A stretch of 64,000 nt of DNA from Candidatus Poribacteria bacterium (GTDB lineage Bacteria; Poribacteria; WGA-4E; PCPOR2b), in the NCBI GenBank assembly GCA_965116925.1, contig OZ220744.1, positions 1,440,001 to 1,504,000 of the forward strand, read 5' to 3'. How positions within the stretch are numbered: the first letter of the stretch is position 1; every line of letters starts with the position of its first letter. The notes below the pieces were generated by a model, which saw only the letters and a program-made list of their open reading frames with translations, did not search any database and had not been told where the DNA came from. The position numbers and the translations under genes were made by a program. Shown here one piece after another: positions 9,930-19,514 of this stretch.

Positions 9930-12113
9930 TCAGATTTTGCTCTCTCTCAAGTGTTTCCGTGTTTTTTTAGAGGAAAAAGATGTAATCCGGGAGACGCGTT
10001 GCACCCCTTTTAAGTAACGGATTGACTCCATGATAGCTTCTAACTGTTCAATCCCGTTTACTTCCAAAGTGAACTGATCATGACCAGTTTCCTTATTTAG
10101 TCTGTGAAAAACGACCCCGTCAATATTAACCTTGTATTGGGCAATTAATGTTGTAATTTCTGCTAACATCCCAGGGCGGTTGTCACACTCAACGGTGACC
10201 GGTGCAGGATAGGTCACATTCTCAACAGGTGTCCATTCGATATCAAAAATTCTTTCTGGCTCATTAATAATTCGAGGACAGTCTGCTCTGTGGACAGAAA
10301 TGCCGCGCCCCCGCGTGAGATACCCGATGATTTCATCTCCCGGAATAGGATGACAGCACTTCATAATACGCGCCAGATCTAAATCAATCCCTTCCATTTC
10401 AATCGATGGTGTGGATTGGGGAGGGCGCGTAGTTGTTTCTTTTTTCTCCGTGGTCGGAGGCGGTTCAGGTGTCAATAAGTTGGCGACATGTGTAGCTGAC
10501 TCCTTACCATTGCCAATCTGTCTAAAAAGCTCGTCAATTAGCGGCAGTTGTGCCTTTTTCTTCGATACGAGTTTTGCCGCTATGTCAAGTAGTTCTGATG
10601 ATTTGAGATAGTTTTTCAGATTCAGTTGGCGTTGTCGCATTTCAATTTCAAGCAGTCGTTTCCCCAAATCAATCGCCTGTGCACGGTTCTGTTCGTTGAG
10701 CCAAGACTGGACTTTATTGCGTGCCCGCGCTGTTTTGACCCACCGCAGCCAGTCACGGCTCGGGTGTCCATTCGCCCGCGTCTGAATGTTTACCCGATCC
10801 CCATTCTGTAACCGGTACTTAAAGGGAACTATCGCGCCATTAACCTCCGCCCCAGAACAGGTCTGTCCAATATCAGTGTGTATCTTGTACGCAAAATCAA
10901 TTGGGGTTGAGCCCGCTGGCAAGCTGTGGAGATCTCCTTTAGGCGTAAACACAAACACCTCGTCTGGAAACAACTCACCTTTCATAGAACGGATAAACTG
11001 AAACGGATCTTTGAACTCTTGAATCTCTGCAAGCATTTCTCTGAACCAGGCAAAAATCCTTTCGTTGTCTGTTTCCGATGGCATCCCTTCCTTATACCGC
11101 CAATGTGCAGCAATTCCATATTCCGCGATTTGGTGCATTTCATGGGTCCGAATCTGAATCTCTACAGGCTGTCCGCGGTCTACAATTGTTGTGTGTAAAG
11201 ACCGATAGCCATTCGCCTTCGGCAGACCGATAAAATCCTTAAACTGCTCAGGAATATGATTCCACTTGTTGTGTAAAATTCCAATCACTGCATAACAGTC
11301 TCCCACGCTATTGACTAGCACACGAAGTCCGAATAGATCTCGAATCTGCTCAAACGGGACCCCTCTTTGATGAATTTTCTGATAGATACTGTAGATATGC
11401 TTAGGGCGACCGTAGACCCTCGCTTTGACGCCCATCAGATCCAATTCCTGTTGAACAACATCGACCATCCACTTCGTATACGCTTCCCGTTCACCTAACT
11501 TTGCCGCAAGCAAATCGGCAATCTCTCTGTATTCGGTGGCGTACAGATATTTGAACGCCAAATCCTCAAGCCTGCTTTTAATCCGAGCAATACCCAATCG
11601 GTGGGCGAGCGGAGCATAAACCTCAAAAGTTTGTTTGGCAATACGTTCCTGTTTATGTGGGGGCAATGCGGCAAGAGTTTGCATATTATGCAACCGATCC
11701 GCCAACTTGATAAGGATTACCCGTGTATCTTTCGCTGTTGCCAGAAGCAGCCGCAAGTAATTTTCTGCTTGCCTTTGTTGGACTCCGCCCCTGAATTTAT
11801 ATTTACTTATATTGGTAACGCCTTCAACTAATTCGGTGATTGTGTCTCCAAACTGATCCACAAGTTCATCACGGGTGGCAGATGTATCTTCGAGTACGTC
11901 ATGTAGTAGTCCGGCGCAGATAGTATCCGTGTCCAATTTTAATTCAGCTAACGTCTTAGCCGTCTCGAAGCAGTGGGTAAAATAAGCATCTCCGGATATC
12001 CGCTGCTGACCATGATGAGAGGCTTGGCTAAATTCATAGCTTCTTCGCAAAAGATCGCAATCCGCATCGGGGTTATATGCTAGGATTTGGCGAATTAGAT
12101 AGTTGACACTCAT
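9930..12113 (-). CDS. relA: Bifunctional (p)ppGpp synthetase/hydrolase Rel
   Basis: HD motif LLHDVLED, IKLADRLHNM, GRPKHIYSI, EIQIRT, TGS (DFAYKIHT), CCHPIPGD, C-terminal ACT. Confidence 0.95.
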   Translation of the reverse strand: MSVNYLIRQILAYNPDADCDLLRRSYEFSQASHHGQQRISGDAYFTHCFETAKTLAELKLDTDTICAGLLHDVLEDTSATRDELVDQFGDTITELVEGVTNISKYKFRGGVQQRQAENYLRLLLATAKDTRVILIKLADRLHNMQTLAALPPHKQERIAKQTFEVYAPLAHRLGIARIKSRLEDLAFKYLYATEYREIADLLAAKLGEREAYTKWMVDVVQQELDLMGVKARVYGRPKHIYSIYQKIHQRGVPFEQIRDLFGLRVLVNSVGDCYAVIGILHNKWNHIPEQFKDFIGLPKANGYRSLHTTIVDRGQPVEIQIRTHEMHQIAEYGIAAHWRYKEGMPSETDNERIFAWFREMLAEIQEFKDPFQFIRSMKGELFPDEVFVFTPKGDLHSLPAGSTPIDFAYKIHTDIGQTCSGAEVNGAIVPFKYRLQNGDRVNIQTRANGHPSRDWLRWVKTARARNKVQSWLNEQNRAQAIDLGKRLLEIEMRQRQLNLKNYLKSSELLDIAAKLVSKKKAQLPLIDELFRQIGNGKESATHVANLLTPEPPPTTEKKETTTRPPQSTPSIEMEGIDLDLARIMKCCHPIPGDEIIGYLTRGRGISVHRADCPRIINEPERIFDIEWTPVENVTYPAPVTVECDNRPGMLAEITTLIAQYKVNIDGVVFHRLNKETGHDQFTLEVNGIEQLEAIMESIRYLKGVQRVSRITSFSSKKTRKHLRESKI

Positions 12114-14661
12114 ACGACACTCTCTCCCAAATCTGTTTGACATTCTGCCGTAATTGAAATTCCGAAAACCAGTGGCTCGCTTGTTTCATCTGTTCGCCGT
12201 TTAGATAGGTTTCGGATTCATGGAGTTGACGCTTCTTCGATGGTGGTGGTAAAAGTTGAATTTCTTGTTTTGAGCAATTTGGATATTGCGTCAAAAGTTG
12301 CAATTCTTCAAGGATTAAAAGGCCATTTTTAACAGCAGACACTGGGATTGAATCAGTTTGTGCACCAATTATAACCGATTCAAGTGTGAGTTGGTGCCTG
12401 TTGTCCTGACTGAGTGCTTGTAAGCATTTATAGAGTTTTTGTAGAATCTGCTTATCTGGATATTCCCAAGAGACACATTTGCACATCCACTCTATATCCT
12501 TGGATTGATAAATGAGGTGGATATATGTGGTCTCAGGATGTCTGAATGCGGACTGACATCGATTGAAGAAAGTTAAGTGTTGAGGAATTGGGTGGCAGAA
12601 CACTATATGGTTAATGTGAGGCAGCTGGGTTAATGTGCAATTTGAAGCGATCGCAAGTAATTCTCCACGTGCCAATTTGCCTGTGACTTGCGCTTTGTCA
12701 GCTTCCGACATATCGGTTTCGCATCGCCCAATCTTTTCCGTTGAGCCAAGCATCTCGAAGAGTTGATCCAGTGCTTTTTCGTCCCGGACATATAGCAATG
12801 TTGATTCTTTCTGTTCAAGGAGGTTAAGCAGAAAATCTTGCTTGTTGTCCAAAACTCTGTGGTCAACAATTTTAACAGGGCTTTTTTCCTCCTCCGTAGG
12901 AAACATCCTTCCAACGGTGCTTCGTTCAAGTGTGTGGATGTGCAAATCCGCAATCTTTAGTTGAACGCGACGGCTATTATTCCACTCATTAATCTCCGGC
13001 TCAAAAGCCAAGTCTAATCGAATGTTCTTGTTCTGCAACGCAATGAAGTGATCCGCCATGCGCCATCCGACGGCTTCAAGCGTTTGTGCTCCATCCGTCA
13101 CGAATAGTTTGAGATGGTTCTTCTCCTTACCCATTACGCTGGGTGGTTTTTGAAGGCGAAGATTGCGTAGTGCAAGGTGTGGGGCTGAATTGTCCTCGCC
13201 AAACGGCTCCAGCATCTGTAATTCCTCTAGGGCTGGAAGCGTCAAATAAGAAGACTGGACCTCAAGATCCAATTTTACTTTGGGTTTCAGATCTTCATCA
13301 GAGAGGTGCTCACACGCATATTGATCAAATCGGGCAGCAAACTCATCAATGTTCTGCGTTTTGATCGTTAACCCTGCTGCCGCCTCATGTCCGCCATGTT
13401 TAACTAATAAATCGTCACATGCGTTTAAGCTGTCAGCGAGATTCATGCCCTCAATGCATCGTCCCGAACCGTGTGCTTCGTCGTCCTTAACTGCCAGCAC
13501 AAACACCGGGCGGTGATACTGATTAACCAGCCGCGAAGCGACAATCCCGACGACACCCTGATTCCAATCTTCATCGTCTTTATTGTAAACAACTAATCCT
13601 TTCTTTTTTACATGATCGTTATTTTTTTCAATCGTAGCGGCTGCCTGTTCCCGAATTTTGTTCTCTACTTCTCTCCGCTTTAGGTTATAGTCATCAAGTT
13701 CTTTGGCAATTGGTACTACCTCATCATAGGACTCCCCCGTCAATAACTTGACCACCTTGTCTGCTGTCTCTAGCCGTCCTGCGGCGTTAATTCGAGGTCC
13801 TAAGACAAACCCCAATGTATGGCCAATGATCTGCTTGCCCTCGCCATGGTTTGCCACATCGCAGAGTGCTTTTATCCCTGGTCGTTCGCGCTTATTGAGT
13901 TCTACTAAACCGAGGCTCGATAAAGCTCGATTTTCCCCTGTTAGCGGAGCCATGTCTGCAACCGTACCGAGGGCAACCAGATCCAGTAGAGATTGCAGAA
14001 ACGGGTCCAGATCTCCACCGCCCATCAATCCGTGTGCCAACTTGAACGCTAACCCGACCCCCGCAAGCCCATCGAAGGGATATTCGCTCTCCGGCATTTT
14101 GGGAGTGATGAGACCAATTGCCGGTGGCAGTGCATCGGGGCGTGGTTGATGGTGATCGGTGATAATGACATCCATACCGAGCGTGTTGGCAAACTCGACT
14201 TCCTCAATCGAGGTGATCCCACAATCAACGGTAATCAGCAGATCACATCCATGCTCCTTCAACTTCCGAATCGCTTCCTTATTGAGACCGTACCCTTCCT
14301 CAAAACGGTTGGGAATGTAAGGTTTCACTGGAAAGTCAAGGTGCCGGAAAGTATTTATCAGCAACGAAGTCGCGGTCGTACCATCTACGTCATAGTCTCC
14401 GAAGATCCAGATCTGCTCACTACGCGCCATCGCTGAACGGATGCGCTCAACTACCTGCTCCATCCCGTGCATTAGAAAGGGGGAATGCAGCTGATCAAGC
14501 GTTGGATACAAATACGCCTGCGCTTCGTCTTCCGTTTCAATTCCCCGATTGATGAGAAGCTGTGCCACTAATTGTGAAATCCCAAGCCTCACTGCCAATC
14601 GGGAACTCTTCTCGATGTCAGGTGTTCTATGTTCCCAGATCTTTTGCTGCTGTCTGTTCAT
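12073..14661 (-). CDS. recJ: ssDNA exonuclease RecJ with long C-terminal extension
   Basis: GDYDVDG, ITVDCGI, TDHH, GPRINAAGR, GGHEAAAG, LEPFG. Confidence 0.95.
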   Translation of the reverse strand: MNRQQQKIWEHRTPDIEKSSRLAVRLGISQLVAQLLINRGIETEDEAQAYLYPTLDQLHSPFLMHGMEQVVERIRSAMARSEQIWIFGDYDVDGTTATSLLINTFRHLDFPVKPYIPNRFEEGYGLNKEAIRKLKEHGCDLLITVDCGITSIEEVEFANTLGMDVIITDHHQPRPDALPPAIGLITPKMPESEYPFDGLAGVGLAFKLAHGLMGGGDLDPFLQSLLDLVALGTVADMAPLTGENRALSSLGLVELNKRERPGIKALCDVANHGEGKQIIGHTLGFVLGPRINAAGRLETADKVVKLLTGESYDEVVPIAKELDDYNLKRREVENKIREQAAATIEKNNDHVKKKGLVVYNKDDEDWNQGVVGIVASRLVNQYHRPVFVLAVKDDEAHGSGRCIEGMNLADSLNACDDLLVKHGGHEAAAGLTIKTQNIDEFAARFDQYACEHLSDEDLKPKVKLDLEVQSSYLTLPALEELQMLEPFGEDNSAPHLALRNLRLQKPPSVMGKEKNHLKLFVTDGAQTLEAVGWRMADHFIALQNKNIRLDLAFEPEINEWNNSRRVQLKIADLHIHTLERSTVGRMFPTEEEKSPVKIVDHRVLDNKQDFLLNLLEQKESTLLYVRDEKALDQLFEMLGSTEKIGRCETDMSEADKAQVTGKLARGELLAIASNCTLTQLPHINHIVFCHPIPQHLTFFNRCQSAFRHPETTYIHLIYQSKDIEWMCKCVSWEYPDKQILQKLYKCLQALSQDNRHQLTLESVIIGAQTDSIPVSAVKNGLLILEELQLLTQYPNCSKQEIQLLPPPSKKRQLHESETYLNGEQMKQASHWFSEFQLRQNVKQIWERVSYECQLSNSPNPSI

Positions 14662-14998
14662 GGTGGATTCTGTTAAGATTTGACGGATTCAACCAATCTT
14701 CGTTCTAAGAATTTTCGACTTAATCTCCCTTGAGACGATTTCAGGTGACCGTTGATTGGAGCGTTCACCGAATCGTACAGTAGAAAGTCAACACATCCTA
14801 GTTATGTTATCACGAATCCCACTTCTGGTCAAGAGAAGATTGGTGTTGAAAATTTACAGAAATTCATAAATCACTTGGAAAAACAGACCAAATTGTGACC
14901 TAAGAAATCGGATCTATAAGGGTTGATAGCACTAGTCAGTATAGATCGGCAAATCCAATATGACGTACTAATCAACGATTCCAACCTTTTTGAATATA

Positions 14999-16951
14999 TC
15001 ACACCCAAAAACCGTAGGTTGACATTTTTGCCAGAATACCGAATATTGTCCAGAGACTACCAACAGTGAATTCTCCCAGAATAAGCCCCAAGAAGAAAGG
15101 GGCAACACGACGATGCAGCCCGATCCCACCATGTCGTAGTAACAGCCACTTGATGAGCCAACTGACAAAAAGGCAGCTCCATGTCACTCTCATTCCCCAA
15201 CTTGTCGAGATGGCAAAACCGGCGGGGTGGAGGGGCCACCACACAAATCGCATACGGAAAAACATCAGGACGCTAGCGATGATAAACCCACAGACCATAA
15301 ACCCACTTTCAGCCATTAATGTATCTGTGGGTGTACTCAACCAACGGTCAAGCCGTCGATACGGCTCGATGCCGAATGCACTTAACGAAGGACGGGGGGC
15401 ACGCGTCTCCATCCCCAGCTGATAGCCACGATCGATCAATGCCCAAAAACCGGAGAGTGAGCCGAGAAATGCGGCAAGCATAAGTGCGAGCATGAGATGC
15501 CGTAGGTTCATGCGCGTCCGCTCTGCCATTTTGAACCCCTCTAGTTGATGCGGCATCGGGTGGCTACGGTAGGCACGATTGATGAACCAAAACATTGAGA
15601 ACATCACCAGATTCCCACGTCCCAGTTTTCGGGTGCCGATTGTCCGTGTGAGGATCTCGTCAGGACCGGAATAGTGCAGGTCATGGACGGGCGTTCCTAA
15701 CTCTGCTCGCATACGGGTTATAGCGATAGAGATAGCGTAATAGAGGGCGAAGAAAGCGATCGTGATACCCACCGTTGCCCCACCACGATAGCAGAAACAG
15801 ACAAGAAACACTATCACACCAATAAGCCCTAACACTGCTGTGTGATACTTCATCGGTTCATCTGAATCGTCGAGATCTTCAACTTCACCAAACACCTTTC
15901 TGGCAATCATTATCAGGTGTCTTCGACTCGCCCAGAGCGCGATGACGGCAAGGGCGATATAGCCCCCCGATGCCTGTTCTCTCATGTACGGGAAGTCCGG
16001 CAGGCTCCGCAAGCCCATCGCGGCACCGGCGACACGCATCAACCGCCAGAACCAGAAGAAGAACCAACAGGAGAAGGATAGGTCAAGCGGAATGAAAAAT
16101 CCGAGCCCAATGGCAAATGGGTAAAACGAGAGTGGAACTCGCCCCATGGCGTTCCATGGGCTATCAGTAAAAAGATAAAAGCTCCGAATCCGCGTCCGAA
16201 GTTCGGGGACAACGGGAAAAATGAAGTTCAAACCGTTCAGCAGTGCTAGGGTTCCTGCGAGGGCAAATCCGATCCACATCACTCGGTTACGAAAGAACGT
16301 CTGCCGTTGGGTCTCCGTCATCTGGAGAGGCAGCTGAATAATTGGGTAACTGAGTTTCTCGTGTTCAATCCACTGTTTACGGATAATAACGTTGATGCAG
16401 AACATCCCGAAGACAAGTACGAATATAAATGTTGTCCACCATAGAACGGGCGAAACCCAGCCGATCAGTTGTTCGGCGGTATAGAGATTCACCTCCCCTT
16501 CGTAGTACCCACGAGCAACTTTGCTGTCGCTGACGGTCAGCCATTGTGGAAGGTAGGGCAGAAATAGTTCACGCCATTCGTTCTCGGGGGTAGCAAAGCG
16601 GAAGGCGTGTCCCAACATCGGTACAAGGATTTCGAGCATGTCGTGCCCCGTAATACCAGACGCGATGGAGAGCATCAGGTAGATGATGATAAGCTCTCCC
16701 TGGTTGAGTGCAGCGCGGGGTGAAAACCACTTGAGAAGCTGGTTGGCTCCGATAATTACAAAAAGACTAAAAATGACGTTGAAGAAGAGGGAGATGGTGA
16801 CCGGATGGCCTGAGTATCGGATGATCTCCATCTCAATGACCCAGTAGCAGTTAATCGGGATGAGTAGGGAGGCGATGAGAATAGATTTGACAGTGACACC
16901 TTCGATCGGTTGCTGCTCTGTTTTTGAGAGGAATGAATCTGTCGTTGCCAT
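14999..16951 (-). CDS. Polytopic membrane protein, DUF6785/DUF6784-like (putative transporter)
   Basis: Many TM segments; EKLSYPIIQLP, TRMRAELG, WWPLHPAGF, PFFLGLILGEF. Confidence 0.7.
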   Translation of the reverse strand: MATTDSFLSKTEQQPIEGVTVKSILIASLLIPINCYWVIEMEIIRYSGHPVTISLFFNVIFSLFVIIGANQLLKWFSPRAALNQGELIIIYLMLSIASGITGHDMLEILVPMLGHAFRFATPENEWRELFLPYLPQWLTVSDSKVARGYYEGEVNLYTAEQLIGWVSPVLWWTTFIFVLVFGMFCINVIIRKQWIEHEKLSYPIIQLPLQMTETQRQTFFRNRVMWIGFALAGTLALLNGLNFIFPVVPELRTRIRSFYLFTDSPWNAMGRVPLSFYPFAIGLGFFIPLDLSFSCWFFFWFWRLMRVAGAAMGLRSLPDFPYMREQASGGYIALAVIALWASRRHLIMIARKVFGEVEDLDDSDEPMKYHTAVLGLIGVIVFLVCFCYRGGATVGITIAFFALYYAISIAITRMRAELGTPVHDLHYSGPDEILTRTIGTRKLGRGNLVMFSMFWFINRAYRSHPMPHQLEGFKMAERTRMNLRHLMLALMLAAFLGSLSGFWALIDRGYQLGMETRAPRPSLSAFGIEPYRRLDRWLSTPTDTLMAESGFMVCGFIIASVLMFFRMRFVWWPLHPAGFAISTSWGMRVTWSCLFVSWLIKWLLLRHGGIGLHRRVAPFFLGLILGEFTVGSLWTIFGILAKMSTYGFWV

Positions 16952-17037
16952 AGAAAAGATGGGCTATATCGCGGGGTTCAGGTTAAATCGAGAAAAGAGA
17001 TGCATCCTTTATTCTATCTCATTCAGTTGATAATGTT

Positions 17038-18147
17038 TCAGAAATCGTAAACAATACTAAATCGATGGCTGCCTGCTGTGCCCCTGATCCCGCCGATAGG
17101 GAAAAGAAAGCCGTAGTCGATTCTGAGACTTCTGAATGGACGATAACCACCACCAAGTGTCAGGTTTGTTCCCCATGCCAGATTTTCCAATCGGAATCCG
17201 CCACGTAGGCTTAAACTTTCATCATAGAACTGAGATTCAATGCCGACTTTGACATCGACTTCGCTCTCTCTGAAAACGAGATCCATCCCCCATGTGGAGT
17301 TCTCCGCTACAATACCCATACCGAGCATTACCTGCAGTGGAAGATTTTCGGTGGCAGTTGAACTGGCAGAAGCAATATTAGGTGTGTTGAGATTCTGGAG
17401 AGAAAGTGCTATCGGAATATTTGGGGATGGACGAAAGATCATGCCAACATCGAATGCGAACCGACTTCGCCCCGGCAAGTCTTCCACAACAGCACCATCT
17501 GCCCCGATTGTCGGTGCTGTGTCCCAATTCAATAGCTTGACTGCACCTCCAAGCGAGACGCGTCGTTTTTCTTTCGCTCCGAAGTTGTAACTCTTGCTCA
17601 CCCCAACAAGGAGGTAATTTTCAGAATACAACTCACCGACATTCAACCGCTTCCAGAGTAGTCCTAAGGCTCCTTGTGCGGGTCGGGAATAGGCATAGCT
17701 AATCAGATTTTGTGTAATCGAGGTCTTATCGCTCAATCCGAGATGTAGCCTCGCCATTGTTGCTGATAGCTGTTGTGCGGATTGGCGTGGTTCGGTTTGA
17801 TGCGTCAAGCTAGCAATTGATGCGGGATTAACTAACAATCCATCTGATTCCTCCCCGATAGCCGAAAACGCTCCGCCCATAGCAAAAGCACGTGCACCGA
17901 TAAACCCATCTTCAAATGCGGCATGCGTCGGCACAGGAAAGCCCGCTATGCCAACCCCAATCAGTACGAGAAAGAGTATTAACTTGAGAAAAGGAGAAGA
18001 ATGGCAAAAGAACAAAAGAAAGGGTTGGAAAGTAGAGGTGCAAGGACGGGGAGAATGCAAGATTGGGAGATCGGAACAACAGCAAGTGATAGAAATCCAC
18101 AGCCTGCCCCTACTTCTGTTCCTACTTCCAACTGAAAAATTACTCAT
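17038..18147 (-). CDS. PorV/PorQ-family outer-membrane beta-barrel (start uncertain)
   Basis: Signal peptide ending PTHA, IGARAFAMGGAF...NPA, C-terminal HRFSIVYDF ending in Phe. Confidence 0.7.
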   Translation of the reverse strand: MSNFSVGSRNRSRGRLWISITCCCSDLPILHSPRPCTSTFQPFLLFFCHSSPFLKLILFLVLIGVGIAGFPVPTHAAFEDGFIGARAFAMGGAFSAIGEESDGLLVNPASIASLTHQTEPRQSAQQLSATMARLHLGLSDKTSITQNLISYAYSRPAQGALGLLWKRLNVGELYSENYLLVGVSKSYNFGAKEKRRVSLGGAVKLLNWDTAPTIGADGAVVEDLPGRSRFAFDVGMIFRPSPNIPIALSLQNLNTPNIASASSTATENLPLQVMLGMGIVAENSTWGMDLVFRESEVDVKVGIESQFYDESLSLRGGFRLENLAWGTNLTLGGGYRPFRSLRIDYGFLFPIGGIRGTAGSHRFSIVYDF

Positions 18148-18838
18148 CGGTAAATTTGTAGCCAACTCCCCAGACAGTTATAATGTATTGGGGGTGGCTC
18201 GCATCTGTCTCTATCTGTTCCCGCAAACGCCGGATGTGTACATCAACAGTGCGCGCTCCCACGAAGCTATCCTGCCCCCACACATAATCGAGTAAGTGAT
18301 CGCGCGAATAGACATGTCCTGGGTTTTGCATTAAAAATAGTAGAAGATCGAACTCTTTCATTGTGAGTTCTAATTGCTTAGACCCAATGTTGGCTGTCCG
18401 GCGTTCAGTATCAATAAACAGCTCTTTATATTTTAGTGTTACCGTCTGGTTATGAGATTGATAATCTTGGCGGTAGGTTCTTCGCAAGATCGCTTTGACC
18501 CGTGCTACCAATTCACGCGGATTGAACGGTTTGGGCATATAATCATCCGCGCCAATTTCCAATCCGACAATTTTATCCACATCGGTATCTTTTGCTGTAA
18601 GCATCAAAATTGGCACAGCGGATTCTGTCCGCATTTGCTTGCAGACTTCAAAACCATCCAATCCCGGCAACATAATGTCGAGGACAACGAGATCGGGGAG
18701 GTCTTGTCGCATTTTATCAAGTGCTTGCACTCCATCGTAAGCTGTGATAACCTCATATCCCTCTCCTGTTAGATAATCATCAATAAAATCAACGATATCT
18801 ACTTCATCATCGACCACTAGGATTTTATAAGTTTTCAT
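18140..18838 (-). CDS. OmpR/PhoB-family response regulator, no adjacent kinase
   Basis: ILVVDDE, LDIMLP, GADDYMPKPF, RTVDVHIRRLR, TVWGVGY. Confidence 0.95.
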   Translation of the reverse strand: MKTYKILVVDDEVDIVDFIDDYLTGEGYEVITAYDGVQALDKMRQDLPDLVVLDIMLPGLDGFEVCKQMRTESAVPILMLTAKDTDVDKIVGLEIGADDYMPKPFNPRELVARVKAILRRTYRQDYQSHNQTVTLKYKELFIDTERRTANIGSKQLELTMKEFDLLLFLMQNPGHVYSRDHLLDYVWGQDSFVGARTVDVHIRRLREQIETDASHPQYIITVWGVGYKFTDE

Positions 18839-19218
18839 TGTCATTGTCTGTCTTGGAATCACCTACAGTTTTATGATTCTCTGAGTTGATGTTGTAGGCA
18901 TACAGTGCTGGAAATGATTTTATCACTAGTTCCAAAGAAGATCCAGCCGCGCGAAGGGATAAACACTCTACAATATCGGACATGATGCCTAAAACGCGAG
19001 GGTAATTTTCTCTATATTTCGGCTGCTGTTATTATACTTGATGTCCAGATCTCTGTCAAATCCCATACTGAAAAGTAATCGGCTGAACCAGACCAAAGTC
19101 AGCAGATTTGTTTGTAAAATTTATGAAATTGAGATATAATCATAATTGACAGTGAATCCACGATGCGGGGTTGTCTGGTAGAGAATTCAATTTTGTTGCC
19201 TGACATAAGCATAAGCAC

Positions 19219-19247
19219 TTGATCTATGCTTTCTTTTTTGTTATAAT
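19219..19247 (+). promoter_or_regulatory. Sigma70-type promoter upstream of the sulfite reductase leader
   Basis: TTGATC-17 bp-TATAAT with TG extension. Confidence 0.6.
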
Positions 19248-19292
19248 ATATTGTATAATCCCGCTTAAAAAAGATCTAGAAGCCGATTTTTC

Positions 19293-19510
19293 ACGGTCAA
19301 GAGAAAAGATTGGGAAGACAATTCGACCCATGAGACGAAAATCTGGAGGAAAGTGAACGAGAAATCAGGTCTCCCAAAAATAGGTGGCGACTTGGACCGT
19401 AACAGCTCACCGTAGAATCATAATTAAGAACGGTGTAATAGATTAAAATCCTAAACCCCATCAGAGATGGTGCTGTTTATGCGAACCCCAACCCCAATTT
19501 GGAAGGAGCC
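19293..19510 (+). ncRNA. Candidate structured RNA (cis leader or 6S-like), unassigned
   Basis: Nested helices ACGGTCAAG/CTTGGACCGT and TTGGGAAGAC/GTCTCCCAA, further hairpins CACCGT/ACGGTG and CCATC/GATGG. Confidence 0.4.
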
Positions 19511-19514
19511 AATA

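Noticed and set aside
19260..19500. SAM-I/IV, T-box or cobalamin riboswitch call
   Set aside because: Only fragments match (GTCAAGAG, GGTGC, GGTGG); core consensus such as GCAACC or GGTGGNACC is missing, so it is left unassigned
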